DNA from: Rhizaria sp. SCN 62-66
Taxonomy: Eukaryota
Direction: 5' to 3'
NCBI GenBank assembly: GCA_001724265.1
Contig: MEDY01000025.1
Span: forward strand, 62,001 to 126,000
DNA: 64,000 nt
The position numbers were made by a program, and so were the translations under genes. Under the pieces are notes generated by a model. It saw only the letters and a program-made list of their open reading frames with translations, was not told the DNA's origin and did not search any database. Below are positions 63,207 to 64,000 of this stretch, piece by piece. Each line of letters starts with the position of its first letter. Position 1 is the stretch's first letter.

Positions 63207-64000
63207 TCAGCGGTTGGCCGCTAGCATCGCCGTCGCAGCCCCCACATGCCCCCCTGTCGCCTCGAGGGCCCTGACGGCGGCGGCCTTATCATAACCCAAA
63301 AGCACGAGATTCTCAGCCAAACCAGCGTACCGCGACTGCGACACAGCCGCCCCCGCCCCCGCCCCCACCGCCGCCGCTACCGCTACCGCTGCACTGCCGC
63401 TGCCACCCGCCAGCGACTGTGGCCCCAGAGGCGCCATCAGAGCCGACGGTGTGGCGGCAGCGGCCGCGGCGGCGGCGGCGGGGTCAGTCCGCCTGGGGTG
63501 GGTGGTGAGCCCGGCTACAGAGGCGTAGGGCAGCGGCGGCGCCACAGCGGCACCAGCGCCAGTGGGAATGTTAGTCGCGTGGACACTCGAAGTATAGCCG
63601 CCTCCGGAGAGGGGCGGGCGGGCACTATTGGTGCTGTTTCCGTAATTATTGTTGTTGTTATTGCTACTGCTAGTCCCCAGAGCCCTCGCAATCGCACTAC
63701 TCGCATTAGCGTTAGGATTAGCAGTGTTGGAGTTGGTGTTGCTCTGAGATGAGGCGATGGTTGCGACCGAGATGCAAGGTCCCGTGATGACACTGAGATC
63801 CCGACCGAGGCCCATCGCGTTCTGTAGCATCCCTCCAGTGCCAGCGCCAGAGCTGGCGCCAGAGCTGTTGGGGTTACGATTACGGCGCTGTCGCTGCTGA
63901 GAACGATGCTTCTGCTGCTATTTAGCTCCAGCAGCAGCAGCATCATCAGCAGCAGGACTCGCTCCAGTCGCAACATGCTCACGAGCATTAACGTCATTGC
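63207..64000 (-). CDS. Partial (5' truncated) protein with C-terminal UBA domain; in-frame TAG at 63918-63920
   Basis: The C-terminal YAGLAENLVLLGYDKAAAVRALEATGGHVGAATAML is UBA-like. The frame stays open to the window edge except for one TAG in ...GAK*QQKHRSQQRQ.... Stop is TGA 63207-63209. Confidence 0.7.

Noticed and set aside
27581-63920. UAG as pyrrolysine, or A-to-I editing to Trp
   Set aside because: There is no pyl machinery in view and this is a eukaryotic nuclear locus. The contexts (poly-Gln, E/K-rich helices) fit Gln and not Trp.
172-63997. Numerous long antisense and alternate-frame ORFs (poly-Leu, poly-Cys, poly-Arg, poly-Val)
   Set aside because: They are shadows of GC-rich trinucleotide-repeat coding sequence on the true strand and carry no independent motifs.

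Overview
This is gene-dense nuclear DNA from a microbial eukaryote. Exons are GC-rich, and short AT-rich spliceosomal introns of about 120-280 nt mostly have GTACG donors. I can build 12 protein-coding genes: a partial Tim21/Coa1-like gene, a giant TBC Rab-GAP, a giant TRAPPC8/Trs85, phosphoserine phosphatase, NAD kinase, a Crinkler/RHS-type NTPase gene, two giant low-complexity proteins of unknown function, a PH-RhoGAP, QCR9, mitochondrial bL20 and a partial UBA-domain gene. The main finding is evidence for a non-standard nuclear genetic code in which TAG is a sense codon, most likely Gln, while TAA and TGA remain stops. There are 12 in-frame TAGs in three unrelated genes. Eight sit in one exon whose splice phases match its neighbours and which has no TAA or TGA, and two sit in or next to poly-Gln runs. 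None of the 12 genes ends in TAG. Secondary observations are a GC-AG intron, two short DNA motifs (GTGACCGTG and TAAGTACC) repeated through exons regardless of frame or strand, and extreme low-complexity expansion of conserved proteins. All homology calls come from motif recognition by eye; no database search was run.
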